This document shows, piece after piece, positions 20,226-35,101 of a stretch of 64,000 bases of DNA (positions are counted from its first letter, which is position 1; every line of letters begins with the position of its first letter). A program made the position numbers and the translations under genes. The notes under the pieces were generated by a model that was given only the letters and a program-made list of their open reading frames with translations, was not told the DNA's origin and did no database searches. Origin of the DNA: Candidatus Eiseniibacteriota bacterium (lineage in GTDB: Bacteria > Eisenbacteria > RBG-16-71-46); the NCBI GenBank assembly GCA_963744995.1, contig CAVUWA010000002.1:960001-1024000 (forward strand), read 5' to 3'.

Positions 20226-21172
20226 GCATCGAGCGCGAACAGCTGATCGACCTGATCACCCGCAAGGTGATGGAGGAGCTGGCGCGCGGCCCCGCCACGG
20301 CCCCCGCGCCGCCGCGATCCGACCTGCCGCCGGTGCCGATGCCGCGCCCGCCCGCGCCGCCGATGATGACCGATCACGACCCGGCGACGTGCGAACGCTG
20401 CCGGACCTTCGGCGTCTGCGCCGTACAGACACCCGAGGAGACGCGGCTGCTTGCGGCGGCCGGGGCGAATCGCGTGGTGTCGACGCTCGGCTACTGCCCG
20501 GCCTCCGACGGGCTCGGCTCGATCATCGACCACACGCTGCTCAAGCCCGAGGCGCGCCGCGAGGACGTCGAGACGCTGTGCCGCGAGGCGGCGCAGTTCT
20601 GCTTCGCGTCGGTCTGCGTGAATCCCAACTGGGTGCCGCTGTGCCGGGACATGCTGCGTGGCAGCGGGGTCAAGGTGTGCACGGTGGTCGGCTTCCCGCT
20701 CGGCGCGCACCTGCCGGACGTGAAGGCGTACGAGGCGCGGCGCGCCGTCGAACAGGGCGCCGAAGAAGTCGACATGGTGATCAACATCGGCGCCTTGAAG
20801 TCGAAGGACTACGCGCTGGTCGAGCAGGACATCCGCGGCGTCGTCGAAGCATCGGGCGCCCGCACGATCGTGAAGGTGATTCTCGAAACGTCGCTGCTCA
20901 CGCACGACGAGAAGATCATGGGCTGCACGCTCGCGAAGGCGGCCGGCGCGGACTACGTGAAGACGTCGACCGGGTTCTCCACCGGCGGGGCCACGGTCGA
21001 GGACGTGCGGCTGATGCGCGAGACGGTCGGCCCCGAAATCGGCGTCAAGGCCTCCGGCGGAATCCGCACCAAGGAGGACGCCGAAGCGATGATCCAGGCG
21101 GGCGCGACCCGTCTCGGCGCATCGGCCGGCGTGAAGATCGTCCGCGGTGAGACCGGCGATTCCAGGTACTGA
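20222..21172 (+). CDS. deoC: Deoxyribose-phosphate aldolase with ~100 aa N-terminal extension
   Basis: [54 protein letters not shown] overlap with cdd stop. Confidence 0.95.
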   Translation: MSIEREQLIDLITRKVMEELARGPATAPAPPRSDLPPVPMPRPPAPPMMTDHDPATCERCRTFGVCAVQTPEETRLLAAAGANRVVSTLGYCPASDGLGSIIDHTLLKPEARREDVETLCREAAQFCFASVCVNPNWVPLCRDMLRGSGVKVCTVVGFPLGAHLPDVKAYEARRAVEQGAEEVDMVINIGALKSKDYALVEQDIRGVVEASGARTIVKVILETSLLTHDEKIMGCTLAKAAGADYVKTSTGFSTGGATVEDVRLMRETVGPEIGVKASGGIRTKEDAEAMIQAGATRLGASAGVKIVRGETGDSRY

Positions 21173-21217
21173 GCCCGGGTGGTCGCGCCCCCTGGCCGCG
21201 CGCGGCCGGAGCGCGCG

Positions 21218-22543
21218 ATGAAGGCCGGCCACGTCCCGGTCGATCCGCGCGAGTTCATCCGCGTCAAACGCGATCGCGGCACCCACGCGCCTGAGGCCCT
21301 GCGCGCGTTCATCGACGCGTACGTGGGCGACGCGGTGCGCGACTATCAGGTGAGCGCCTGGCTGATGGCCGCGTTTCTCAACGGCCTCGACGATGCCGAA
21401 ACCGCCGCGCTCACGGCCGCTTTCATCGACTCCGGCCGCCGCTTCGACTGGACCCCGCTCGGTCGGCCCAGCGCGGACAAGCACTCGACCGGCGGGGTCG
21501 GCGACAAGATCTCGCTGATCCTTGCCCCGCTCGTCGCTGCATGCGGCGTGATGGTGCCGATGGTCTCGGGCCGCGGGCTCGGCCACACGGGGGGCACGCT
21601 CGACAAGCTCGAGTCGATCCCCGGCTTCCAGACCCGCCTCACCCCCGAAGGGATGCGCGACCAACTCGATCGGCTCGGCGTGGTGATGGTCGGGCAGGGG
21701 CCCGACCTCGCGCCCGCGGACGGACGGCTCTACGCGCTGCGCGACGTGACCTCGACCGTGGAGTTCGAGCCGTTCATCGTCTCGAGCATCGTGAGCAAGA
21801 AGATCGCCGAGGGCGCGCTGGGCCTCGTCTACGACGTCAAGGCCGGCAATGGTGCGTTCATGAAGACGCGCGAGAGCGCCGTGCGGCTGGCACGGCGGCT
21901 GGTGCAGACGACGCGCGGCTTCGACCGGCGTGCCACCGCGCTCGTGACCGACATGAACCAGCCGCTCGGCGAAGCGTGCGGCAACGCGCTCGAGATACGT
22001 GAGTCCGTGGCCGTGCTGTCGGGCGGGGGGCCGGGTGACGTGCGCGCGCTGACGCTGGACCTCGCGGCGGAGATGCTGTGCGTCGCGGGCGCGGAGCAGG
22101 AGCTGGCCGCGGCTCGTGCGCGCGCCGAGCGGGCGCTGGACGGCGGGGCGGCGCTCGAGCGCTTCGGCGAGCTGGTCGAGGCCCAGGGTGGCGAACGCGG
22201 CGCGATCGAGCGCCCCGATGGGCTGCCGGTGGCGCCGCGGCGCGACGAGGTGCACGCGGCACGGGCCGGCGTGATCGCCGCGATCGACACGTTCCGCCTC
22301 GGCGATCTGGTGGTCGACATCGGCGGTGGCCGCCGCTCGAAGGAAGACGACGTCGACCCGCGCGTGGGTCTGCTGGTGCGGCGCCGGATCGGCGATCGTG
22401 TCGAACCGGGCGACGTGCTCGCCGAACTCCACCTGGCGAACGTGGACGCGGCGGCCGTGGACCGCGCCGGGTCCTGCTTCACGATCGGCGACGCGGCGGA
22501 GCCGCCGGCGCTGATCGTCGAGCGCATCGGGGAAGTGGGCTGA
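21218..22543 (+). CDS. pdp: Pyrimidine-nucleoside / thymidine phosphorylase
   Basis: DKHSTGGVGDK, SGRGLGHTGGTLDKLESIPG, LYALRDVT, SSIVSKK, DVKAGNGAFMK. Confidence 0.93.
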   Translation: MKAGHVPVDPREFIRVKRDRGTHAPEALRAFIDAYVGDAVRDYQVSAWLMAAFLNGLDDAETAALTAAFIDSGRRFDWTPLGRPSADKHSTGGVGDKISLILAPLVAACGVMVPMVSGRGLGHTGGTLDKLESIPGFQTRLTPEGMRDQLDRLGVVMVGQGPDLAPADGRLYALRDVTSTVEFEPFIVSSIVSKKIAEGALGLVYDVKAGNGAFMKTRESAVRLARRLVQTTRGFDRRATALVTDMNQPLGEACGNALEIRESVAVLSGGGPGDVRALTLDLAAEMLCVAGAEQELAAARARAERALDGGAALERFGELVEAQGGERGAIERPDGLPVAPRRDEVHAARAGVIAAIDTFRLGDLVVDIGGGRRSKEDDVDPRVGLLVRRRIGDRVEPGDVLAELHLANVDAAAVDRAGSCFTIGDAAEPPALIVERIGEVG

Positions 22544-22654
22544 CGGGGGAACACCGAACGGACCGGGCCTTCCCGCGCGCTGCGCACGCGGGCGCACCGT
22601 CGGACCGCAACGCGGCGCCCCCCGCATGGCCCGCCGCAGGCGCCGCCCGGAGGG

Positions 22655-24826
22655 TCAGCGATCGCCGATACGCTCCGGCATCTCGCGACGGGTGCGATCC
22701 AGCTCGAACAGGTCGTGCGGACGCGGCGGCGTGTCCCGCTGCGCGGCCGGCAGCGGGTCGAGTGGGCGTCCCGGATGGGCGATGCAGACCTCGGTGGGCT
22801 CGGTGCCCTCGCGAAAGTCCTCCGTCGTGAGATTCGGGCAGGCGTCGGTGGCGAGCATGCCGGTCTCGGCGCAGACACGCCGTTTCACCGTGCCGTACGG
22901 CTGCGCGAAATCCTCCTCCGGCGTGCCGCGCGTGGCGCCGATCATGAAGTCGGCCCAGATCGGGAGCGCGGCGTGCGCCCCCGTCATGCCGCCACCGATC
23001 TTCTGCTTGGCGTCGTATCCGACCCAGGTGCCGCACACCAGACTCGGCGTGAAGCCGACGAACAGGGCGTCGGTATAGTCGTTGGTGGTGCCGGTCTTGC
23101 CGCCCGCGGGGCGGGTGAAACCCGCCGCCCGCGCGCCGGCACCGGTACCGTAGTCCATGACGCTCTCGAGCATCGACGTCATCACCACCGCCGTCTCTTC
23201 GCTCAGCACTTCGGTCGGATGGGGAATGTTCTTCTCGAGCACGTTGCCGTTGCGATCCTCGACCTTGAGCACGTAGAGCGGATCGCTGCGGATCCCGCGG
23301 TTGGCGAACACGCCGTAGGCCGCGGTGAGATCCATCAGCGTGACCTCGCTGCTGCCGAGCGCGAGCGACAGGTTCTGGCCGATCTCCGAATGGATGCCCA
23401 TGCGCCGCGCGTAGCTCGCCACCAGTGACGTGCCGACCTTGCGCAGCAGCTTGATCGCCGGGATGTTGATGGACTTCTGCAGGGCATAGCGCAGCGTCAC
23501 GGGGCCGTGCCACTTGTTGTCGTAGTTGGTCGGCTCGTACATCTCGCCGTTGCCGGCGACGTAGGAGACCGGCTCGTCGACGATGATGTCGGTCGGCTGG
23601 AAGCCGTTGTCGATGGCCGCCGTGTAGACGAACGGCTTGAACGCGGAACCCGGCTGCCGCAGCGCCTGCACGGCGCGGTTGAAGTTGCTGTGCACCCAGT
23701 CGCGCCCGCCGATCAGCGCGCGCACGTAGCCGGTGCGCGGGTCGAGTGCGACGAGCGAGCCCTGCAGGTAGGTGGGAGGTGCGTCCTCGCCGGAGTCGGC
23801 GACGGCCGCCTCGTACGCAGCGCGGGTGTTCTTGGTCCTGAGTTCGGCCTCGAGATGCGTGAGCTGCTTCTCGAGCGCACGCTCGGCGATCTCCTGAAGG
23901 TCGATGTCGAGCGTCGTGTAGACCTTGAGACCGTCTTCATAGACCGCGTCCGAGCCGTATCGCTCGCTCAGGTAGAGCCGCACCATTTCGACGAAATAGG
24001 CCGCCTTGTTGTTGCTGTAGCGCACCGGCGTCACACCGAGCGGCGCCTCGACCGCCCGGTCGAATTCGACCTGGGAGATCGCCTTGGTTTCGAGCATGTT
24101 GCGCAGCACTTTCTCGCGGCGCAGCTTCGCGGCGGCCGGATGGCGGCGCGGGGAATAACGCGCCGGATTGTTCGAGATGCCCGCGATCAGCGCGCATTCC
24201 GGCAGCGTGAGCTCGGAGAGCGGCTTGCCGAAGAACGTCTTGGACGCCGCCTCGACGCCGTAGGCGCCTTCGCCGAAGTAGATCTGGTTGAAGTACATCT
24301 CGAGGATCTTGTCCTTCGAATAGGTGCGCTCGAGCTCGATGGCCAGTGCGGTTTCCTTGAGCTTGCGGCTCAGGGTCTTTTCGTAGCGGCGCAGGAAGTT
24401 GCGCGCCAGTTGCTGGGTGATGGTGCTGCCGCCCTCGGCACGGCGCATGTGCAGCAGATTCGTGAACGCGGCGCGTGCGATGCCGATCAGATCCACGCCC
24501 CAGTGCTGGTAAAAGGCGCGATCCTCGGTGGAGATGGTCGCGTTGATCAGATGGCGGGGGATCCTCGAGAGGGGAACGGGCGAGCGGTTCTCGCGGAAGA
24601 ACTCGTGCAGGACGCGCCCGCGGGCGTCGTAGACCACGGTCTTGACGGGGGAGCGCAGCTCGGATACCTGCTCGGGGCTCGGCAGGTCGCGGCCGGCCCA
24701 GCGGATGACGCCGAACACCGCGCCGGCCGTTCCGAAAACGACGACGACGACGGCCACGATGAACGGTTTCCAGGGAAACCGCCGGGCGGCCTTCACCGCC
24801 GGATGCTCTTCGGGCGTTTCGTTCAA
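22655..24826 (-). CDS. mrcA: Class A penicillin-binding protein (PBP1A family)
   Basis: N-terminal TM; GT51 motifs EDRAFYQH, GGSTITQQL, RKLKE; transpeptidase GSAFK, SIN, KTG; TTG start. Confidence 0.93.
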   Translation of the reverse strand: MNETPEEHPAVKAARRFPWKPFIVAVVVVVFGTAGAVFGVIRWAGRDLPSPEQVSELRSPVKTVVYDARGRVLHEFFRENRSPVPLSRIPRHLINATISTEDRAFYQHWGVDLIGIARAAFTNLLHMRRAEGGSTITQQLARNFLRRYEKTLSRKLKETALAIELERTYSKDKILEMYFNQIYFGEGAYGVEAASKTFFGKPLSELTLPECALIAGISNNPARYSPRRHPAAAKLRREKVLRNMLETKAISQVEFDRAVEAPLGVTPVRYSNNKAAYFVEMVRLYLSERYGSDAVYEDGLKVYTTLDIDLQEIAERALEKQLTHLEAELRTKNTRAAYEAAVADSGEDAPPTYLQGSLVALDPRTGYVRALIGGRDWVHSNFNRAVQALRQPGSAFKPFVYTAAIDNGFQPTDIIVDEPVSYVAGNGEMYEPTNYDNKWHGPVTLRYALQKSINIPAIKLLRKVGTSLVASYARRMGIHSEIGQNLSLALGSSEVTLMDLTAAYGVFANRGIRSDPLYVLKVEDRNGNVLEKNIPHPTEVLSEETAVVMTSMLESVMDYGTGAGARAAGFTRPAGGKTGTTNDYTDALFVGFTPSLVCGTWVGYDAKQKIGGGMTGAHAALPIWADFMIGATRGTPEEDFAQPYGTVKRRVCAETGMLATDACPNLTTEDFREGTEPTEVCIAHPGRPLDPLPAAQRDTPPRPHDLFELDRTRREMPERIGDR

Positions 24827-25141
24827 TTCATCCTCACGGCGAGGGAGACTAGGGGGCTCCGTGGAACGGGGTCAAGGCGCGCGGCCCCTTCACATTCCGG
24901 CCGACGCTCCGGTGCGCCGGGCCGGCTGGCGCGGAGACAGCGGGTGCCGCCCGCGGGCGCGCATCGCACGGCGGGCGTTCCTCCTGCACGCATCATCGGC
25001 CGCCGGCTCCGGGTTCTTCCCATTAGATACCCGCGCCTGCGCTCGATGAGTCCAGCCCCTGTAAAAGCATCGCGCGTGCGGGAGCGCAGCCATGCGTTCG
25101 GGCCATCTGGCGAGACGCTCCACGTGCGCCCGCGCGCCGCA

Positions 25142-25170
25142 TTGAGGTTCGCGAGGCCAGTCCCTAGAAT
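25142..25170 (+). promoter_or_regulatory. Putative sigma70 promoter of tyrS (near-leaderless)
   Basis: TTGAGG(25142-47)-17 nt-TAGAAT(25165-70); ATG 9 nt downstream; no SD. Confidence 0.55.
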
Positions 25171-25179
25171 CGCGCGACC

Positions 25180-26445
25180 ATGAGCGCCGCTTCCCCCGCA
25201 TCCCTGTCTCCGAAGGATCAGTTCGAGATCCTCGCCCGCGACACGGAGGAAATCCTTCCCGACGGTGCACTGCTCGAGCGACTCGAGCAACGCGCCCGCG
25301 AGGGGCGTCCGCTGCGCGTCAAGCAGGGCTTCGATCCGACGTCACCGGACATTCACCTGGGCCACGCCGTGGGCCTGCGCAAGCTGCGCCAGTTCCAGGC
25401 GCTCGGCCATCAGGTCGTGGTGATCGTCGGCGACTACACGGGGATGGTCGGCGATCCAAGCGGCGCCAACAGGACCCGCCCGCGCCTCGACGAGACGCAG
25501 ATCGAAGCGAACGCGCGCACCTATTTCGACCAGTTCTACCGCGTGCTCGACCCGCATCCGCAGCCGCCGATCCTCCCGGTCGAAGTGCGACGGAACGGCG
25601 AGTGGTTCGCGAAGATGGCGTTCATGGACGTGATGAAACTGGCCTCCGAGTACACCGTGGCGCGCATGCTGGAGCGCGACGACTTCGCGAAGCGCTACGC
25701 CGCCCATCAGCCGATCAGCATCCATGAGCTGTTCTACCCGCTCATGCAGGGCTACGACTCGGTCGCGATCCGCGCCGACGTCGAAATCGGCGGCACGGAT
25801 CAGAAGTTCAACCTGCTGGTGGGCCGGTCGCTGCAGGAGCTGCACGGCCAGACACCGCAGGCGATTCTGACGATGCCGATCCTGGAAGGGCTCGACGGTG
25901 TGCAGAAGATGAGCAAGAGCCTCGGCAACTACATCGGTGTCACCGATGGGCCGGCCGACATGTTCGGGAAGGTGATGAGCATTCCGGACCGGCTGATGGG
26001 GACCTGGTGGCGGCTCGTTGCGGATCTGCCGCCGGAACAGATGCAGGTCGAACTCGCGACGATCGAGGCCGGCGCGGAGAATCCGATGCTCGGCAAGAAG
26101 CGCCTGGCGTCGCGGATCGTGAGCCTCTATCACGGCGTGGACGCCGCCGTACGGGCGCAGGCCGACTTCGAGACGCAGTTCAGCCGGCGCGAGGCGCCGG
26201 AACAGCTCGACACGTTCGGACGCGAGGACGTGCGCCGTGTCGCCGGCGACGGCCTCCAGCCGCGCATCGTGGAATTCGTCGTCGCGGCGGGGCTCGCAGC
26301 ATCCAAGGGCGCCGCGCGGCGGCTGGTCGAGCAGGGTGCGGTGAGTGTGGACGGGGAGCGTGCCGCTTCCACCGGGGCCGCACCTTCCACCGATGTGTCG
26401 TTCGTGCTGCGCGTCGGCCGGCGGATGAAGCGCTACGTGCCCTGA
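25180..26445 (+). CDS. tyrS: Tyrosine--tRNA ligase
   Basis: GFDPT, HLGH, YPLMQGYD, GGTDQKFN, KMSKS, C-terminal S4-like domain. Confidence 0.97.
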   Translation: MSAASPASLSPKDQFEILARDTEEILPDGALLERLEQRAREGRPLRVKQGFDPTSPDIHLGHAVGLRKLRQFQALGHQVVVIVGDYTGMVGDPSGANRTRPRLDETQIEANARTYFDQFYRVLDPHPQPPILPVEVRRNGEWFAKMAFMDVMKLASEYTVARMLERDDFAKRYAAHQPISIHELFYPLMQGYDSVAIRADVEIGGTDQKFNLLVGRSLQELHGQTPQAILTMPILEGLDGVQKMSKSLGNYIGVTDGPADMFGKVMSIPDRLMGTWWRLVADLPPEQMQVELATIEAGAENPMLGKKRLASRIVSLYHGVDAAVRAQADFETQFSRREAPEQLDTFGREDVRRVAGDGLQPRIVEFVVAAGLAASKGAARRLVEQGAVSVDGERAASTGAAPSTDVSFVLRVGRRMKRYVP

Positions 26446-26679
26446 GCGCCCGCGGGACCGCCGCACGGCCCGCGGGCCCGGGACGCGGCGGGATGCTTCC
26501 AAGACGTTCGTTCACAAACACTTGAAGCCATGGGCGAGGGTGTGACGCGGGCCCCGCAGGCGGCCCCGGCTGCGGGGCAACGGCCACCGGGAGCCCGCCC
26601 CTCGAGAGGCCCGCAGGGGCGCCCGGCCCGGCGCGTAAGGCACTGGAAGGTGGGCCGTTCCGGAAATCGCGATCCCCGC

Positions 26680-26708
26680 TTGACAGACTGCGGGGCCCGG
26701 CATACATT
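26680..26708 (+). promoter_or_regulatory. rRNA operon promoter P1
   Basis: TTGACA-17 nt-TACATT followed by GC-rich discriminator. Confidence 0.75.
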
Positions 26709-26751
26709 GCCCGCGCTGCAGGAATCAAAGCCCTCCGGAAAAAAGAGTCTC

Positions 26752-26781
26752 TTGACTTTCCTTCCAACCGAGGCGTAGATT
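26752..26781 (+). promoter_or_regulatory. rRNA operon promoter P2
   Basis: A-tract then TTGACT-18 nt-TAGATT. Confidence 0.65.
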
Positions 26782-26823
26782 CCCCGTCCGCCTTTTCCGA
26801 CAGGAAAAGGCGCTGACGTCTCA

Positions 26824-26836
26824 TGCTCTTTGAAAA
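26824..26836 (+). promoter_or_regulatory. boxA antitermination element (leader)
   Basis: TGCTCTTTGAAAA between P2 and 16S. Confidence 0.75.
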
Positions 26837-26986
26837 CTGAATAGCGCACGTGACCCACGAGAGCTTGGCGAGGCTCCCGATTCGTGAGTGCTTCGGCATT
26901 TACGATCGGGTTCAACCTTGCAAGAAAACAGGACTCGCGAGGCCGGGACGCAAGTCTCCGGCTGAGCGAATCTCCGATATTTTCAC

Positions 26987-28545
<1,559 letters not shown>

Positions 28546-28821
28546 GGGAGACCTGATGTCGGGGTCCTTCGGACCGTCGGCATCGATCCCAGGTCATAGC
28601 CTCCCGGGCCCTCTGGGCCGTGCGCTATTCTTTCTCTCTTTTCTGGAGCTCGGGGCTGTCATGAGCCTGGTCGGTTCACCCCGGCCGGGCTCATCTCATG
28701 CCCCGAAGCCTCGCCTCGAGGCTCGGGTTCCAGACCCCAGGGCGAGGGACGGCAATTGGGGCGTTACCACCGTCTCAGCAGGCTCGATCTCTCAGCGACG
28801 CTGAATTTGGCTGTAGAGCGT

Positions 28822-28898
<77 letters not shown>

Positions 28899-28932
28899 AA
28901 GTTTCTGGGGCGCCGTACTGAGCCCGCGTTCC

Positions 28933-29008
28933 GGGGATATAGCTCAACTGGGAGAGCGCCGGCTTTGCAAGCCGGAGGTTGCGGGTTCGAGCCCCGCTAT
29001 CTCCACCA
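28933..29008 (+). tRNA. tRNA-Ala(TGC)
   Basis: GGGGATA...anticodon TGC...TTCGA...CCA with G3:U70. Confidence 0.97.
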
Positions 29009-29110
29009 GAATTCGAGAGAGGCCCCGCCGGCGAAGGCGGGGCACATATAGATCTTTCGCGAGCCCGCGGTCCGCCGCGCGCTCGCCCGCGACGCTCGCG
29101 CGTCGCGCCC

Positions 29111-29123
29111 GATCTTTGACAAC
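29111..29123 (+). promoter_or_regulatory. boxA-like element (spacer)
   Basis: GATCTTTGACAAC upstream of 23S. Confidence 0.6.
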
Positions 29124-29180
29124 CGAATACGAGACGCTGGGTAAGCCACAATTGTAAAGCACCTTAGTCAATATTTTTCC

Positions 29181-32182
<3,002 letters not shown>

Positions 32183-32250
32183 GGTTAATATTGATCTAGG
32201 TGCTAGCAAGTGTGCACCAGCGTCTCGATATTCGGTTGTCATCTAAATAT

Positions 32251-32366
32251 TGGGGTGGCAATGGCGGAGGGGTCACACCTCTTCCCATTCCGAACAGAGT
32301 AGTTAAGCCCTCCAGCGCCGATGGTACTGCCCGGGCAACCGGGTGGGAGAGTAGGACGCCGCCCCA
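32251..32366 (+). rRNA. rrf: 5S rRNA
   Basis: CCCATTCCGAAC, GTTAAGC, CGCCGATGGTACT, GGGAGAGTAGG; terminal stem TGGGGTGGC/GCCGCCCCA. Confidence 0.97.
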
Positions 32367-32376
32367 TTTCGTTTCG

Positions 32377-32412
32377 AAAAGCCCCGGCATCTCGATGCCG
32401 GGGCTTTTGTTT
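32377..32412 (+). terminator. Intrinsic terminator of the rRNA operon
   Basis: AAAAGCCCCGGCATC-TC-GATGCCGGGGCTTTT hairpin plus T tract. Confidence 0.9.
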
Positions 32413-32794
32413 GCGCGGAATGCGGCCCGTGTGCGGCGGTTGGCGCCATGGCGCCGCCGCCGTCGCGTGGCCCTTCGCCCCGTGGCCGACGCACGGGACC
32501 CCGCGCGGCCGCCGGTCGGGGCCTCCCGGGTCCCGCCCTGGGCCGACCCGCGGGCGCGGCGCGGCCGGACGCCCCGGTTCAGTGCCCGGCACCGGACCGT
32601 ACCGAGCGGTGCACCCGCTCGGCGGCGGGGGCATTCGGCCCGCCGAGCTCGTTCGGACAACTTGTTGTAGCGTAACGATGTGGCGGATCGGCCCCGGCTG
32701 GCGCCACGCGGCACAGGTGCTGCAATGGATCGGGATCGCCTTGCCTGGCCATCGACGCCCGGGCTCTTGCAGCCGGTTCAGGAGGTCCAAAGCC

Positions 32795-33598
32795 ATGCGT
32801 TACCTGTCGCGATTCCTCTTCGTTTTTGCGGCCCTCGGGGTCGTCGCCGTTCCGGCGGCCCGGGCCCAGGACAGCCCCACGAGGGGCTTCGTCCAGAACA
32901 ACCTCGACCGGACCGATCTGCGCATCGAGCAGGCCGAGGCCATCGTCGCCGGGACCGACAACGACCAGGCGATGCAGCATCTGCAGGCCGCGGTCGACAT
33001 GCAGGGCCGCGCCAAGACGGCATTCGGATCGGCGGAGTACGCGATTGCCCTGCGGCTGACGCTCGATGCCCGCGGTCACGCGGACCGGGCGATCGCCATC
33101 ATCAAGAACCTGCCCGATCCGGATCGCGTGAAAGCCCAGCTCGAACGCACGCGCGAGTTGCTCGAGCGGGCGAAGGAGCGCATCGAAGAGTGCAACAACG
33201 ATCGCGCCCGCGCGATGATGCGCGCCGCGTTCGGGATGCAGGTGCGCGCCGAGGAGGCGGCCGTGAACGGTCGCTACCTGGTTGCCCTGCAGCTGACCGT
33301 GAATGCCCGGGAGCGCGCCCGCAACGCGCTGCGCCTCTGCCACCTCGAGGAGAACCTGCAGGACGCGGCGGAGCGCGCGATCGCCCGCACCGACAACATT
33401 CTGGATCGCGCGCACGACGCGCTCGAGAACTGCTCGAACCAGGAGAGCGCGAACTCGCTGGCGCGTGCGACGGATCTGCAGAGCAAGGCGAAGACCGAAT
33501 TCGCCTCCGAGAACTACCGCGCCGCCCTCAACCTGACCCTCGCCGCGAGGCGCGGGGCCTATCGGGCCGTGCGGCTCTGCGGCGGCTCAAGCCACTGA
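32795..33598 (+). CDS. Exported all-helical protein with three ~77-aa repeats
   Basis: SD AGGAGGT; signal peptide ARA; three aligned RT...A...N..A..L..A...Q..A...Y..AL.LT..AR repeats. Confidence 0.8.
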   Translation: MRYLSRFLFVFAALGVVAVPAARAQDSPTRGFVQNNLDRTDLRIEQAEAIVAGTDNDQAMQHLQAAVDMQGRAKTAFGSAEYAIALRLTLDARGHADRAIAIIKNLPDPDRVKAQLERTRELLERAKERIEECNNDRARAMMRAAFGMQVRAEEAAVNGRYLVALQLTVNARERARNALRLCHLEENLQDAAERAIARTDNILDRAHDALENCSNQESANSLARATDLQSKAKTEFASENYRAALNLTLAARRGAYRAVRLCGGSSH

Positions 33599-33662
33599 CG
33601 CAGGCGGGACGCTCCGGCCCCGGCCGGGGCGTCCGCCGCGTTCGGCCGCCCCGTCCCCTGCC

Positions 33663-35006
33663 ATGATCCCGTCCACCGGAGAATTCCGGCACGTCCGGAG
33701 CACCGTCTCCGCCGTCGCGTTCGGCGTCCTGCTCTTTGCCGGCTTCGGCCCCGCCCGGCCGGCGCAGGCGGCGGGCACCGATACGCTGGGCGTGCGTTTC
33801 GAGGTCGGTGCGACGAGCGATCTCACCAACGAGCTCTTCTACGAGGACGCATTCATCGACACCACGTTCCTCGGCCGGCAGCAGATCAGCAGTCCGGAAA
33901 ATCGCGTCGCCGGCGTTCTGCTCGCGGCCCTGGATGGCACGCGCAGGGACGGCGCGTCGCGCTTCTCGATGCAGAACGAGCTGCGGCTGGGTGACAAGCT
34001 GCAGCAGAACGCCCTGCAGCTCACCTGGAACGACGATCTCACCCCCGACTGGCGCCTGTCGCTGAATCCCCGGATCGAATATCGCAACGATCGCACGTTC
34101 GACCGCGACCTCGAAGAGTGGCGCGCCAACGTCGCGGCGCGCGTGCGGCGGGCGTTCGACGACGGCAACACCTTCGCCGATGTGCGTGCCCGCGGCGAGT
34201 ACCTGCGCACGCGCGGGACCGGTGCCGACTTCATTCCCGACCGGAACGCGCTCGGGCTCGCCGCCGGCCTGGATCACACGCCGCTGTTCGGAAGCGAGTG
34301 GCGCCTCGACTACCGAATCGACGCGCGACAATTCCCCGATTCGAGCGTGCGCGATCACTTCGAGCATGGCTTCGACGGCCATTTCAGATTGGGCGGGTTG
34401 TCGGGCCCCTGGATCACCCTCGATGCCACCGCGGGGCGCCGGGTGACGATGCGCGAGGCGCCGACCAGCCGCGACAACTTCTGGCAGGAATGGTCGCAGG
34501 CCGAGCTCGGTCTGCGCCTCGCGGAGGCCTGGCAGTTCCGCACCACCGTCGAATACGAAGGTTTCCAGTACGACCTTCAGGACTCGACCGTCTACTTCGA
34601 CTACCGGATCGCGCGCGCGCGACTGGGGCCGCGCTACGACCGCTACACGGGCATCTCGGTGTCGGCCGGGCCTGCCGCGGAACTCCTGCGCAGCGCCTGG
34701 AGTTCCGCGGAGAACTACGACGAGCTGGGTGGATTCCTCGAGGTCGAGTGGTTCGGCTTCGGCGGCTGGTGGAGCATGACGCCCGAGGCGGGCTGGCGGG
34801 AATACAGCCAGACCTCGGCCGATCCCGACGGGCTCGACCTGCATTCCTCGTATGCCTACTACGAACTGGGCCTGTTCGGCGATCAGAGCCTGCCGGGCGG
34901 GCTCAGGCTCCGCACCGTCGCGTCGGCGCGCACCGAGCGCCATTCGGACGCCGCGAACGACGCCACCAGCCTTTACTTCTCGTTGGACGTGCGTAGACTC
35001 TTCTGA
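33663..35006 (+). CDS. Putative outer-membrane beta-barrel protein
   Basis: Signal peptide AQA; alternating amphipathic strands; C-terminal strand YFSLDVRRLF ending in Phe. Confidence 0.7.
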   Translation: MIPSTGEFRHVRSTVSAVAFGVLLFAGFGPARPAQAAGTDTLGVRFEVGATSDLTNELFYEDAFIDTTFLGRQQISSPENRVAGVLLAALDGTRRDGASRFSMQNELRLGDKLQQNALQLTWNDDLTPDWRLSLNPRIEYRNDRTFDRDLEEWRANVAARVRRAFDDGNTFADVRARGEYLRTRGTGADFIPDRNALGLAAGLDHTPLFGSEWRLDYRIDARQFPDSSVRDHFEHGFDGHFRLGGLSGPWITLDATAGRRVTMREAPTSRDNFWQEWSQAELGLRLAEAWQFRTTVEYEGFQYDLQDSTVYFDYRIARARLGPRYDRYTGISVSAGPAAELLRSAWSSAENYDELGGFLEVEWFGFGGWWSMTPEAGWREYSQTSADPDGLDLHSSYAYYELGLFGDQSLPGGLRLRTVASARTERHSDAANDATSLYFSLDVRRLF

Positions 35007-35101
35007 CGCGTGCGCGGCCCGCCGTCCCCGCGGGGGACGGAAGGCGGGCACCGTGCCGTCGGCGGCACGCGGACGCTCATGAATCCATCGGAGGGATTCC
35101 C

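Noticed and set aside
24827..25179. T-box riboswitch upstream of tyrS
   Set aside because: No T-box consensus or terminator; a promoter-like element abuts the start codon
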